From Octopus sinensis (Eukaryota), in the NCBI RefSeq assembly GCF_006345805.1, contig NC_043009.1, forward strand, positions 18,538,001-18,602,000: 64,000 nt of DNA, in the 5' to 3' direction. Every line of letters starts with the position of its first letter. The stretch's first letter is position 1. The translations under genes were made by a program, and so were the position numbers. Below the pieces are notes generated by a model that was given only the letters and a program-made list of their open reading frames with translations, did no database searches and was not told where the DNA came from. This document shows positions 38,690 through 52,538 of this stretch, piece by piece.

Positions 38690-38994
38690 ACTCAGTTTCG
38701 TGGACGAGTCTTCCCTAGGACCTCATATCGTCAAATATCTCGGTCTAATGTTATTTCCTTTGTGAGCCCCAACACCCTAAGATCAGTTCTCACCACATCA
38801 TCCCATGTCATCCTGGGTTTCCCTCTTTCACAAGTACCATCCACTGTGACCGACAGGTACTTCTGTGTATAGCTGTCCTCACTCATACGCATCACATGTC
38901 CAAACCAACGCAGCCTCCTCTTCTGCATACCACATTTAATCCCTCTTAAGCCTAAATTTTCTCTCAACACAGTTGTGCTTTGTCGGTCATGCAC
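38690..38994 (-). pseudogene. RTE-clade LINE 3' terminal fragment
   Basis: RRLRWFGHVMRM...RGKPRMTWDDVV is the RTE C-terminal signature. Confidence 0.85.
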
Positions 38995-39176
38995 ACTGAC
39001 CGATATATATACACGACGGGCTTCTTTCAGTTTCTGTCTACCAAATACATTTACAAGGCTTTGGTCGACCCGAAACTATAGTAGAAAACACTTGTCCAAG
39101 GTGTCACGTAGAGGGACTGAACCCGGAACCATGTGGTTAGGAAGCAAGCTTCTTACCACACAGCCATTCCTGTGCC

Positions 39177-39228
<52 letters not shown>

Positions 39229-39340
39229 AGATATAGATAGATAGATAGATACGAATGTGTGTGCGTGTGTGTGTTTGTACATATATATATTTACATAATA
39301 TTGAGGTCTCTTTCTTTCTTTTGTTATCTTACCGTTTTTA

Positions 39341-39391
<51 letters not shown>

Positions 39392-39435
39392 GATAGATAG
39401 ATAGATAGATGATAGATAGATAGATATATAGATAG

Positions 39436-39528
<93 letters not shown>

Positions 39529-40158
39529 TACATATGTTGGAAGTGTTATATTTAACTGAATCATTTTCACCATTCTAATAAAGACGACGTCGGTCCAGGC
39601 TGCATTTGAACTTACAACAAATTTCTTAGATGCGCATTCAAAGAATTCGTCGCGAATCAGTTCAGAGACTGCGCGTGCAAGTGTGTGTTTGAGCTTGTCT
39701 TCAAATTTTGCAATGTGTGTGTGTATCACTATTGAAATAAATATACATATGACTACATGAATATCTGAAGTGTATGTGTATACTCCCAGTGTGCCTATGC
39801 TTATGTATTTTCATGTCTGTCCTCCTTACACTAGTCCCATTGACAGCCTGCTTCAACCACCCACTTCTTCCATCTGCCACAATGCTGTAACTCAGTGTTT
39901 CAAAACTATTCAAATCTCCACAACCATAGCACTCTGTGTAGATAGATTTCCAGTAAACACAGCGCTTTCTCTTCTACTGCCATTTCATTGGAATTTATTC
40001 TTGCATTTACTTATTTATTTTTAAATATTTATATTGAGGGGATGGGGTAGGGGGTTTAGGAGCTGTAAACCGAAACTTTTCACTCTGCTCGCTAATCAGC
40101 TGGCTTCTTATCTGCTAAACACATGCACACCCTTATATACAGTTATCATACATACACA

Positions 40159-40240
<82 letters not shown>

Positions 40241-41729
40241 TTGTAGGTGTGTGTGTGTGAGAGAGAGAGAGGGGGGGGTTTGGATGTATAAACGAGTGAA
40301 AGTGTTCCCAATGCATGTAGTTAATTCGCTTGAAACTAACTTTCATTCCGTTGCCCTTCATCTTTTTCTTGCATTAAGGACATAGTAAGAAACTGTGTAG
40401 TAAAGGAGAGGACCATCACCTTTGAACACACACGCACGTGTGTGTGTTTGTATGTGTATGAATTTAAGTATGTATATGTGCATAAGTGCACACAACACAC
40501 ACACACACGCACACACGCACACACACACGCACACACACCAGGCAACCGTGTGGTTAAGAAGTTTGCTTCACGACCGCGTTTTCCCTGGTTTCAGTCCACT
40601 GGCAAACTATGCTAAAAATTAATGCAGCCTACTCAATAATTTGAGTCCCGTGGAAAAGAAAAAGAAATAGCAGCAACGTTTTGGGCATAGCAAATAGATA
40701 AAGTTGTGACGGATACCAGAACTAGGTGTCTGAAGAACGGGAGTTACCAATAGGCAAACGGTTGGTCATAAGCACAAAAGAAAGAAGAAACGAATTGGTA
40801 GCAACAGGTAGGTGTTGGCAAGTCTGTATGAGCTTGGCGGTTATTTATGTGCTGGTGATTTATCTGTGAATCGTAGAGTAGAAATATGTGTGAGTCTGTA
40901 TGTATGGGAGATGACGGAAATACTTTGAAATGATGCAGAGCTAAAACAGACATAGAGAAACAACAAAAGGCACTATATTTCATTAATACGGTTCAGTGTA
41001 GTTAATATGTATGTATAAACGCTATAGAAGAACATACACTTTTTGTTACTCGTGTTTCAATGACCCACTCAACTAGGAAATAGTTGAAATGCGTTCCAGT
41101 TTCTAGGAGTTTCTATGGGAAAGAGATAGTGAAAAAGCAAACCTACTCAAGCAGTTTCCAGCTGACTGATTGATACCCACTGAATTTCCCGAATGTGTCA
41201 TTGTAGACATAATTAAAAAGCATTGAGTCATCTAGATCATATCTAGATCATTTCTTTGGTTAGTTTATAATTTTCGTTGGATGTATACAATTTCGGTTAC
41301 AAAGGTGAGCTGCAGGGCAAGTCTAGACAGAATAAATAGGCACAGGGTCATTTATTGGTAGTTGAAATCACTGTTTCCGAAGTAGAAAGGTTACAAAGAC
41401 AGGATTAGTAATGAAATATGAAGGTGTTGGCGAGTGGATTAGACGAGATAATCAGAAAAAAGTATAGTAAGTAACGTGACAGCCAGAAAGAGGGTTGTGT
41501 TGTTAGACTCAGGGCACATACTAAAAGACAATAGAATAAAAGCCGCTCAATGGGCGGCCTGAGCGACAGAAACATGATGTGGAATCATACCGTTGGTCAA
41601 AATGATTTCCAACCCTTCTCTGGTGCATAACCTACATGGCCACTCCCACCCCTGTAAGGTACTATGTACCCCAATACCAACAAACTCATGTCATAACTAA
41701 CTCTATTATCGTTCAACTGATGGACATAT

Positions 41730-42600
41730 TCGGTTAGTGACGTAGGGTGCCTACATCTTGGGAGTGTTTATGCAGCGATATGTGTTGCTTAATCGGGTTA
41801 ATAATGATTCCTATATAAAGCTTACTGTGATGCGTAACCATCCCACATTTATATACAATATTGGTGTATATATGCACATTGGTGTATGTATGCACAGCCA
41901 TCAGGTGCGACCCTCCCACCGAAGTGAAGGGTCCAGATTCACCCAAATCAAGGGAATTTCTCAAGGTCCTGGTGACATCCCCGCTCAATCGACCCAGCAG
42001 CTGTTATCATTCCGAGAGAGTGTAGTGTGTAGAGATCTTCGATGACCCGTCGGGCTAAGCCCCGGGTGTCGAAACGCGCCCCGTGTGATATAGGAAATAG
42101 AGCCCATTGATCCAACCATTCCACAATGGACAGGTCCGGATTTCCTGCGAGGCTTGATGAGCTACGTCACCTCTCGAGAGGTCTTATTGTCACTGTGGTG
42201 AGTAGACAACCCCACCATCCTACTGAGGTTTGTAGCTGGACCAGGGGTTACTTTGGGTATACTATTGTTCCTAACAGTCTCCCCGGTATTCTTTATAACT
42301 AAATAATCTTGAAGGGCTATTTTAAGCTTGATGTCAGAGATAAATTTAGTGCCCTTCTGAGAGCCTTATCATATTATTCTGCATTATTTTGGAATATACA
42401 TTCATTGGCATAAAAACCGGAAACCCAAATGTAGGATGGCAGAGCTGCCAATCAACGTAACGGAGGATCTCATTAGGTTTGTGATACGAAAAATATAGTC
42501 CCGAGTCCAAATCTAAGGTAAAAATCTAGAAAATTAAACCCTTCTACTGAACTTCTGCTCTATGATTTGGCTTCTGCTCCGCACTCTAGCCTGTCTCGAG
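41730..42600 (-). pseudogene. Degenerate Penelope-like element (RT thumb to GIY-YIG)
   Basis: FNFLDFYL...(Y)HKPNEILRYVDWQLCHP (FLD..YRKP..SNHP equivalent) and NIVYKC...KLYIG...HKHS in ORF 41734-41988. Confidence 0.7.
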
Positions 42601-43983
42601 TTTGGTGTCTCGCATCTTATTCTACTGGATACCGGAGTGGATAGTGGAGCCGACTACTGAGCCCGATTTTGGTTGCGTGTCTCCCTCTGTATGTGTGGTG
42701 TGGTGTGGTGTGGTGTGGTGTGTGTGTGTGTGTGTGTGTGTGTGCGTAAATTGACAAGATAAGAGATGTGAGGTGAGCGAATAGATGTTTATTTCGTTAT
42801 TTGACTGCTGTTTCGTAACCTGTACCGTATATCTTTATCCTTATAAAAAGCAAAGTTTGTTTATTTCTATGTTGACCGCTGAAAACACTAAATAAAATTG
42901 ATAATATTTCAGGTTTTTCGAGTCATTTCAGTTAATTTGACCATTTCGCAGATAACTGCACTTATTTCCGTAAACGGAATGGGGTGGCCGAGGTGGTGGT
43001 GTATTGACTCCTACTTCTAACAATCCGTAAATTATTTCACGGTAATAGTTTTTTTTTTTTTACCGATAGGACATATCTACACAAGAGTGCCCCACCGATT
43101 TTGTTTCTTCATAACTTTAGGGAAAATGGATATTTTTGAATAGAAATTTCTACAAATATGCTTCTAATGGTGTACATTCCAACTATACCGGAATTTGTTG
43201 TGAAAACTTATTTTTGCTGCCATCAAAGCTTGTACTCTCTGAATGGAGAAGTTATAAAAAAGAAGTAGACAACTGCAAATTCTTTGGAAGACATATTTCC
43301 AAATCCAAGAGTGATGTGGAAATAAATAAACTGTTTGGATTAGATATGAAAATCTAATCTTCCGTGAAAAGCTAAAATATACTTCTTCATAGTTGCATAT
43401 TTTATATTTCTATATAGTTCGCTTCAGACCACGTTGGTGGCAGGATCTTGAACAAAGTTGCATAGGCTAACGAACGGATGAACGTGACTGGGTATAAATA
43501 CAACTGCGAGATGTCTATGCAGTAGAAGTGTGCTGTGTGTGGTGTATAATTGACAGTAGAGATAAAAAAAATATGTAGATGTATTAATCTCCATATTCAT
43601 TGTAATTATCTCGCTCAACTCTTTATAATCCAGCAAAGCGAACCCAGATGTTACCCATCGGATGAAATATACTGGGATTGTTTATCTCAAGTAGCCCTAG
43701 GTACTCCATACCACTCGAAGCGGTTAACCATAACGGATTATAACTGAGTGCTGGAACGGTACCCACCTGGATATTTTATCCCTATGTATATATATATATA
43801 TATATATATAGACGTGGTAGAAATAGCAGCCAAAGGTAAAGTGGAGAAGTATGGAAGAAGTCATTGTTATATGCTTATAGAAAAAATAGACGCATACCTT
43901 TTTAGAGAAGAAAATGTAGGTGAGAGCTATTGTATTGGACATCTGAGTAATGAGAGAGTAGAAATTGAAAGTATATGAAATGG

Positions 43984-44113
<130 letters not shown>

Positions 44114-44397
44114 TAGTTTAGCGAGTCGTGTCCTGTCTTGCCTTCGAAACACGCTGGAGCCGAACTAGTGACAGCTGATGATAGGGGATTTTTCCTTGTG
44201 TAGTATGTCCTGTACTTATTTTTTCTGTTGTAAAAAAATGGTTTTTCCGTTTTCGTTTCTCGTTGAGTTCTACGTCTATTTGTGGTGTCCTGTACTCACG
44301 TATATATATTTATATATGCATGTATATATACATGTAGATGTAGGTACGTACATATATGTTTGTATGTATGCATATATTTTATTTATTACACTATATA

Positions 44398-44444
<47 letters not shown>

Positions 44445-44705
44445 ATATAATATAGGACAATCAGTAAGTTGTCATAATAGAACTTAGAGTTTCAAATGCC
44501 GGAGCTAAAAGCTTCGGGGTATTTTCGGCGGATATTTTTGACGATAGGCGCTATGAAAAAAAAAACGTTAAATGAAACGGAAGTTACTCTAATAGTTACT
44601 CTATATCAAATATAGAAAATAAAAAAATAAACGCAACCACATTCTCACAATAAATAGAAACCTTCTGCGTTCGTAAAAACTACATACGTGCACACTCACA
44701 CAGAC

Positions 44706-44770
<65 letters not shown>

Positions 44771-45223
44771 GTGTGTGGTGTGTGTGTGTGTATATAATCT
44801 ACATTTTGTTATGTTTATTTGCCCTGTTCATTTGCGCTGGTAGTAGTGCTAACTTTCAACGGAAACGATTTTTTTTGTGGCTGAAACCTTGCGGATCTAT
44901 TGTTAGTACTAGAGTAGACCACATGGTGGTCACTCTCTTATATTTATGTAGAAAATGTGTAGTAATCCGGGTTTTTTATGCACTAAGCCACTTGGTGGTA
45001 AATGGATGTGCTATTAAATTAGTACCCAATTTTCTCACCCTTATCGGTTGATTGTAATTATGCTGCATTTAATTTTGGATGTAGTATTTGTTTCCGTGAA
45101 TTTTGGCGGGCGATGACAGGGGCACTTGAATTATAACAGCGGGTACAATCGACTCGACCACACGTACGTTTATCATTATGGTGAAGTCTAGCATGCGATC
45201 GAGTAAATTGTATCCTGGACGGG

Positions 45224-45299
45224 TTCGGCTGAGGAGCTACAGATAAATTTATATAAGTAAAACCACATAATTTATTAATAGCGAAACAATTGTCTCGAA
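45224..45299 (+). ncRNA. Hammerhead ribozyme (family F), copy 1
   Basis: Stem I UUCGG/UCGAA; core CUGAGGA; stem II GCUA/UAGC with inner AUAAAUU/AAUUUAU; GAAAC; palindromic ACAAUUGU; GUC with cleavage after 45294. Confidence 0.9.
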
Positions 45300-45729
45300 C
45301 TAATCTACATTTTGTAATGTTTATTTGCCCTGTTCATTTGCGCTGGTAGTAGTGCTAACTTTCAACGGAAACAATTTCTTTTGTGGCTGAAACCTTGCGG
45401 ATCTATTTTTAGTGCTAGAGTAGACCACATGGTGGTCACTCTCTTATATTTATGTATAAAATGTGTCGTAATCCGGGTTTTTTATGCACTAAGCCACTTG
45501 GTGGTAAATGGATGTGCTATTAAATTAGTACCCAATTTTCTCACCCTTATCGGTTGATTGTAATTATGCTGCATTTAATTTTGGATGTAGTATTTGTTTC
45601 CGTGAATTTTGGCGGGCGATGACAGGGGCACTTGAATTATAACAGCGGGTACAATCGACTCGACCACACGTGCGTTTATCATTATGGTGAAGTCTAGCGT
45701 GCGATCGAGTAAATTGTATCCTGGACGGG

Positions 45730-45804
45730 TTCGGCTGAGGAGCTACAGATAAATTTATGTAAGTAAAACCACATAATTATTAATAGCGAAACAATTGTCT
45801 CGAA
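45730..45804 (+). ncRNA. Hammerhead ribozyme (family F), copy 2
   Basis: Same fold; cleavage after 45799. Confidence 0.9.
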
Positions 45805-46416
45805 CTAATCTACATTTTGTAATGTTTATTTGCCCTGTTCATTTGCGCTGGTAGTAGTGCTAACTTTCAACGGAAACAATTTCTTTTGTGGCTGAAACTT
45901 GCGGATCTATTTTAGTGCTAGAGTAGACCACATGGTGGTCACTCTCTTATATTTATGTATAAAATGTGTCGTAATCCGGTTTTTTATGCACTAAGCCACT
46001 TGGTGGTAAATGGATGTGCTATTAAATTAGTACCCAATTTTCTCACCCTTATCGGTTGATTATATATATATATATATATAATTATATATATATATATATA
46101 TATATATGCCCATACACACATTATTACATGCTCATTTACACATCTCTCAACACACCACACACACACACACGCATATACATATACATATACACACATATGC
46201 ATATATATGTATAAATACACACACACACACATACGTATATATGTATACGCAACTTCATCATCACAAAGATATATGCCCCCCCCCCACATATATATATTAG
46301 ACATTTATAGAAATAAATATACTCATACATAAACAAAAACATATACTCACTCGCACAGGCATATATTTACACTCGCCGCATACATGAATATACTATATGT
46401 ATAGAGGTACATATAT

Positions 46417-46463
<47 letters not shown>

Positions 46464-46481
46464 AACAAAGTATACGTACAC

Positions 46482-46515
<34 letters not shown>

Positions 46516-46541
46516 TATATATATAATATATATATATATAT

Positions 46542-46574
<33 letters not shown>

Positions 46575-46974
46575 ATGTATATAAAATAGAACGCAAAACA
46601 TCCAGACAGTTAGGTGATACAAAAAGAGACAACAAAACAACTAGATAGACGATACAAAGAAAACAAGGCCGGGTCATTCGAAGTTTTCTTTCCTCAGTCA
46701 AGCACCAGATTATGCTCGCAATTTCGGCTGATTATTCCTGAGATTGCTCCAATCTGGCCAGCCCCAAGGAAGAATTAAGCTAAGAGCATTAGATTCCTTG
46801 AAAGAAAGCTGCGAATGTATACAAAAACAAGGACGGAAAAAAACGGACAATGTTACCCAAATATAAATACAATAAAAATAATAACAGGACAAAACAACAG
46901 GTGTCTTTCGACTAAGGACGAATTGAATTAATTTTTTCTAGAAAAATTTCGAAGTAACACCGGTATTATTATTA

Positions 46975-47015
<41 letters not shown>

Positions 47016-47125
47016 GCTGTCGACAAAAAAAAACTGCGCTTGCGCGGTGGATTTGAAAACTTATAATGTATAAGCACGAGGCACATGCTGGATTGCCTCG
47101 TAGTTATATGTTTAATCTAGGCGTA

Positions 47126-47194
47126 CCTGATGATGAAGACTTCGGCTAGCAAATTTTTTTATTTGCTAAAAAAAGTCAGAAACCATAGTCCAGG
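47126..47194 (+). ncRNA. Degenerate hammerhead-like motif (family G)
   Basis: Stem I CCUG/CAGG; core AUGAUGA; stem II GACUU/AAGUC with an inner UAGCAAAU/AUUUGCUA hairpin; GAAAC-CAUA-GUC. Confidence 0.4.
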
Positions 47195-47434
47195 AGATAG
47201 ATGAGAAATGTTTTTATTTTTCATTCCCTTCGAAGTTTTGTCCCTAATAATGGTTTGGACTTTGGCTGTTCCTTCTAGCGTGCCAGGAATCCTATGACGG
47301 ATACCTCTTATGTGTTTAAATGTACACTGTATTTATATGAATAATATATAGTCTATTGACTAATTTTTCTACATGCTAGGCCACTGGTAGTAAAAATTTC
47401 TAAAATCTTTATTACCTGATATTAATTATATATA

Positions 47435-47476
<42 letters not shown>

Positions 47477-47490
47477 TGTGGGTGTATGTG

Positions 47491-47596
<106 letters not shown>

Positions 47597-50459
47597 TAAT
47601 ATATATATTTACACAAATACCTACACATACATTTGGTATGTGTTAATGCGTAAATATCTATACGTATAGAACACTAAGAGCTTACGTACCATTAACTTAA
47701 AGATACATTCACACTCACTTCCATACACGCACATTATATACACCTGAATAGCTACACACATCGACACATTTACATATATCGTTTAAGTACGAAAATTCAT
47801 GAGGTCCCTACAAGTCTACCACCACACATACGTTCTTGCACTCGCACTGATATTCAAACTATGGAACATTCTGTAATACCATATACTTGCGCACATACAC
47901 TCGCTCATGTCTCATATGTGTACTGAAACATAAACTAACACTCATTTACAGTATAATATATAAACAGTTATGCTCACAAAATCCCATGCACATACAGAGA
48001 GAGAGAGAGGAAGGGGAGAATGAGAGGGAGGGAGAGAGAGGAGAATGAGAGAGAGGGGAGAATGAGAGAAAGGAGATTGAGAGAGGGGTTCATTAATTAC
48101 AAAAGCAGTTTACCCCGAAAGACAAACATCTATTTATATATCTTTGTTGTTTCTCCTCTAATGACTTAAGAAGCATTCCCTATCTCCATTATACCTGCCA
48201 TTTCTCTCACACAGCTTCTACCCTCTAGATTCCAGGTAGCCTCCACCAACTAGTATTACCAACTACTTCAAGCAAAAGACCACAGAAAACAGAAGCTTTC
48301 CTATTTTTGTCGATATGTCGTTGCACTCATCTCGACCTTCTCTTATCAGTTTACACAACAGATGCTTCGAACAAATGCGTTCAAACTAACTTCTTACAGA
48401 ACATGTACGTTAGAGTTTTCCTCCACCTTTTCCTGATAGTTTTCATTCCCTTATCACTCACCATACTTTCATCACCGATTTGCCCAATCCGTACGAACAG
48501 TAATCCAGCCCCGTACCCTTGTGTCACAGAATTTCGTAGTTCTCTTGTGCTATCCTATCCAGGAACGGTTGGTGTGATTTGAACGGAGATAACTTTCGTT
48601 TCGAAAATAATCTAACAACTTTAGTTTCGAATGCAAAATTATAGCAACTCTAGAAAATTTTTATTTATTTGCATAATGTCGCATATTACACGACAAACAC
48701 ATATTTCATCGTTTGCAAAAGAATGAAAGACAAATCTGACTCTTTTACGAATCGAACTCAGAATATACAGATATAAAGCTGAACAAAAGGAGGCAATTTA
48801 TCCACTTCTTAACTGTTTCATTAGATGGCCGAGGGTTGTGTAAAATATTCACCATCAAATCCCACCAAATCACCTTAGGAAAGGATGAGCACAAGAGATA
48901 ATGAGGCCTAGTAACACAATGTCCGGAGAAAAGGCAGTAGGGTCACATGACTTCCTTTTATCATTGGGTAAGCTGATTAAAGCTTACCTGAAGCCAAACA
49001 AAGACAACGGAGCCTTAAATATTTTATGTTTTCCTCATCGATATTTTTATATTATCTTTGTAAACAACTCCCTACGTTTTGAATTTTGTTATTGTCTTTA
49101 AGCCCTCATGCATAATAAAGCGAGCCAACCACCCGTGCCAGCCTTACCTGCCAGTCTGATAAAAGCAACATTGTCTATACGGGGTGACAGAATATAGCGA
49201 GAGTAAAATTCTAATATTTTATGTTCACTTTGAACTGTTGCACTTTAAAGTTCTGGGGAGAAACCGGCACCGAGAGGAAAACCCCACGTGGGTACCTTTC
49301 TCGGGATAAAAGGCTGGACGTGGGAAGAGGGATGTAGAATCAGCAACTTTGAAAGAGGAAATATTACAAACGAATATCATGAATAGAGAACCGGGTAAAG
49401 TACAAGTAATGCGACTATCGAAAGCTTAGTCAAAAGTGCAACGTTGCTATGGCTAACACTGGCTTGTAGACAAAAATGAAGAGACCTGATATGAAAATAA
49501 TACATGAGGAAGGCTTCTAACGTGGACAGAAAATTAGGGAAGGGAAATGAGGCCTCTTACACTTTTCATAAATGCATCAATAAAACGAGATTCCTTGTTT
49601 TCTGTCAGAGAGGTACGAACTTTAGTTAAATAAACAGTATTTAATATCCTCAGGAAATAGAGTTAAATACATAATCAGTTTTTAATCTATAAACAATTAT
49701 AATTCTTTTAAGATGCATCTATGGAATTACAAAAGTTTAAAATTGCACAAATGACTCTGTGTGTGTGTGTATAAGTAGGTAGGTTGGTAGGTAGATCATC
49801 ACGTCCTTCATAGTCCTACTAGTAACATATAACCTAATACAACCCGTCGCGTTTCGGGCCATCGGCGACTAAACCGGCAACCCTACAAAGCCTGCTTGTT
49901 AAGGAGAGCGTTCTATTTTTTCTGTAAGACACCATACAGGACGAAAAACAAAACCTGTCAAAGGGCAGGTGAACTACGTTGAGTCAACGGCCATTCAACA
50001 GTTGTAAAACAATCGGGAGTGATGAACCCCTAACAGTTCACAGCATCCTTCTAGGAGAAGGACACTCTGTATCATGTTTAATGTATTAATATTGATATTT
50101 TTAAAGTTCCTTATAACCTCTGATGCGGCCTATGGTTATGTATATAAGTACCCTATTTTTAAATGCCTACAACCTCAGTATGTTGACAAATATAGGCAAT
50201 AAAAATAAAATTAACTACTTTTAGCCATAGGCTGAAACAGCTGTAAGAAGTGATTTTAATGATTTCAATAATTTATATTGATTTTTATAACTTGTATTCT
50301 TATCTTATATGTATTGAATTATAAGATATATATGTATGCTACTGAGGTTCTCATTTTGTTAAATGAATAAATAATCCAACATTATAATATCCGAAAGTTG
50401 ATGAACAAACTAAATTTGTTTCTCCATTTTCTTATTTGTATTATACACACACACACACA

Positions 50460-50561
<102 letters not shown>

Positions 50562-51003
50562 GTACAAACATATATGTATATTATATATATACATATATAT
50601 ATGTAATTGACCATCACATATATTCCTATATATTTGAAACCACGCGTTTCCCAACTCGTGAGTAGACATTTCTTTAACTACAGATTATTTTCATAAATTT
50701 CAAACGACCAAATAAGCAAAACCACACACCCCAATGAGAGAATATTTATTTATACATACACTTCGTCAACACCTTCTGATAACTAAAGGATCACCCACAT
50801 ATTAAAAATTAGAAAAAGAAAAAGAAAAAAGAACAGAAAGATAAAATAACTGCAAGTTCATAATTCAAATACAATCACAAATTTCTCCGTATTACAGCAA
50901 ACATTCTGTACAATCTATTCTATTTTACACACTTCTCCTTAAAATAAAAATAAATAAAAATAATCAACAAAACAAACAAATAAAATGAAATATATCCACC
51001 AGA

Positions 51004-51583
51004 ATGGCTAGCCATCAAAAATCCAAACAAAACTGGTCTGATAGCGAAATCGACGTTCTAATAGACACATGGCATTGCCTTACCCAAACGGAAAACATAG
51101 GTGCTTCGTGTCTGAACGAATTTGCTAAACGGACAGTTCACCTTTTGAAAACTCGATCTGAACAGCAGATACAAAATAAATTAAAGCAAATCGAAGTTGC
51201 TTTTAAATTAATTAATAAACACTTCGATAAAGTGAGATGTGTTTTCTCTTCGAACGCATCACCGGCGCAACAACAACTTCAGCAGTATCAACAAACAACA
51301 ACCTCAGCGGCAACAGTATGAACCAATCCTTGATTCATCTACAATGACCGATTTGTTAAACGAAACGATTGACCCCCAACCCCCCAGTCAACAGGGTCTC
51401 ACAGCAGGAAGCACCACCCCTTCCTTTCACTGCCCCAGTAGCTCAATCATCATCACTGTCAACATCATCTCCTCTGCCTACTACTACTAGTACTACAACC
51501 ACTATCAATCCAAAAACATTCGTCTACCGCTATCTCATGGAATCCACCGCCTCAATCATCATCATTGTCAACATCTCTTCTGC

Positions 51584-51617
<34 letters not shown>

Positions 51618-52050
51618 AACTACTACTACTACTACCACTACTGCTACCTCAAGGAATCCTACTACTTGTTCAAGAACTCTACCTCCCACAGGTCACAAAG
51701 GTCGCCAACACCTCAACAAACTATCATCTACACCTCTCACATCTCACACACGCACCTACACACCCACTCGAAACCCCATCATTTGCCGCTATTCTCTCTG
51801 CTGTAGATTATGCACTGATAGAAACTGCAAATTCACCCATTTACCTGGGACAAAACGCTCTATCCCCACAAACTACAACAGCCACCACCATAATACATAC
51901 TCTATTACAACACCACCACAACTACCAATATCTCAAACAAGGAATCCCCAAATCTGCCGCTATTCCCAGCGAGACAGATTGTGTTTGCACAGGGATTGTC
52001 CCTTTATCCATCTCCCGGGGACTCGTCGGACAAATGATAATAAAAATTAA
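51004..52050 (+). pseudogene. LINE ORF1, frameshifted: Myb/SANT-like N-terminus, Thr-rich linker, two CCCH-type fingers
   Basis: NWSDSEIDVLIDTW...RSEQQIQNKLKQI; ICRYSLCCRLCTDRNCKFTH and ICRYSQRDRLCLHRDCPFIH; lies directly upstream of an APE domain. Confidence 0.7.
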
Positions 52051-52240
52051 AATAAACGCAAAAAAACCTGACTCATATAGAAATAACCACTCATAAAAAT
52101 AACCACAACCACAGTCACCTACAGTTTCCTAGACAGGAAACCTCTTCCTCTTTTTTTAGCTATAATGAATCTAGCAATAGAACTGGAAAAAACATCCGAG
52201 CTATCACTCACCACCATCCACCACTATCATCCAACTGCAC

Positions 52241-52525
52241 ATGCCATTAAAAAGCAAACAAATAAACAAAACACTAAAACAATTAAAGGCATCCACTCTC
52301 TCCTCAACGTTTTTGCTTAACACTCAAGGCCCTTCCACCAATACTCAAAAATGGAAGATAAAATTCTTGGAGGACTGGGTTGATGCCCATCCAAAACACA
52401 TCCCTTTCTTCATCCTCACTGAAACCCATCTTAGCAACCTCCACTTGAAAGCCAAGGTGAAAGTTAAAAATTTCAAAACCGTTCGTGCTGATCGTGCTGG
52501 TAGAAGAAAGGGTGGGACTGCCATT
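52241..52525 (+). pseudogene. LINE ORF2 start (APE endonuclease N-terminus), 3'-truncated
   Basis: LNTQG...LTETHL...RADR..RKGGTAIY motifs; cut off by (TA)n. Confidence 0.8.
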
Positions 52526-52538
52526 TATATATATATAT

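Larger units (their letters stand above)
44796..46070 (+). repeat. Tandem array of about 505-bp units (2.5 copies) with an intact hammerhead per unit; retrozyme-like
   Basis: Units start at 44796, 45302 and 45807; near-identical; flanked by (TA)/(TG)n. Confidence 0.9.

Noticed and set aside
42030-42090. GAUGA...hairpin...GAAACGCGCC as a hammerhead
   Set aside because: Core incomplete, GUH triplet absent, no stem I; it lies antisense within a PLE ORF remnant.
44480-44545. Hairpin plus GAAACUC on the minus strand
   Set aside because: The upstream core reads CCGCCGA and stems I and III do not pair convincingly; at most a decayed motif.
46680-46770. GGCUG...CAGCC-GAAA and CUGAGGA-AAG-AAAA-CUU-CGAA on the minus strand
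   Set aside because: The first lacks a CUGANGA core; the second lacks A15.1 and stem I. Neither folds into a complete hammerhead.
48900-49150. Possible very old PLE RT-thumb fragment
   Set aside because: Only faint motif resemblance (KP...ANHP); insufficient.
49835-49990. Repeat (also at about 11540-11670, opposite strand) with hairpin and GAAACGCGAC
   Set aside because: No CUGANGA upstream in either copy and the triplet is GAC; possibly PLE-related but not supportable as a ribozyme.
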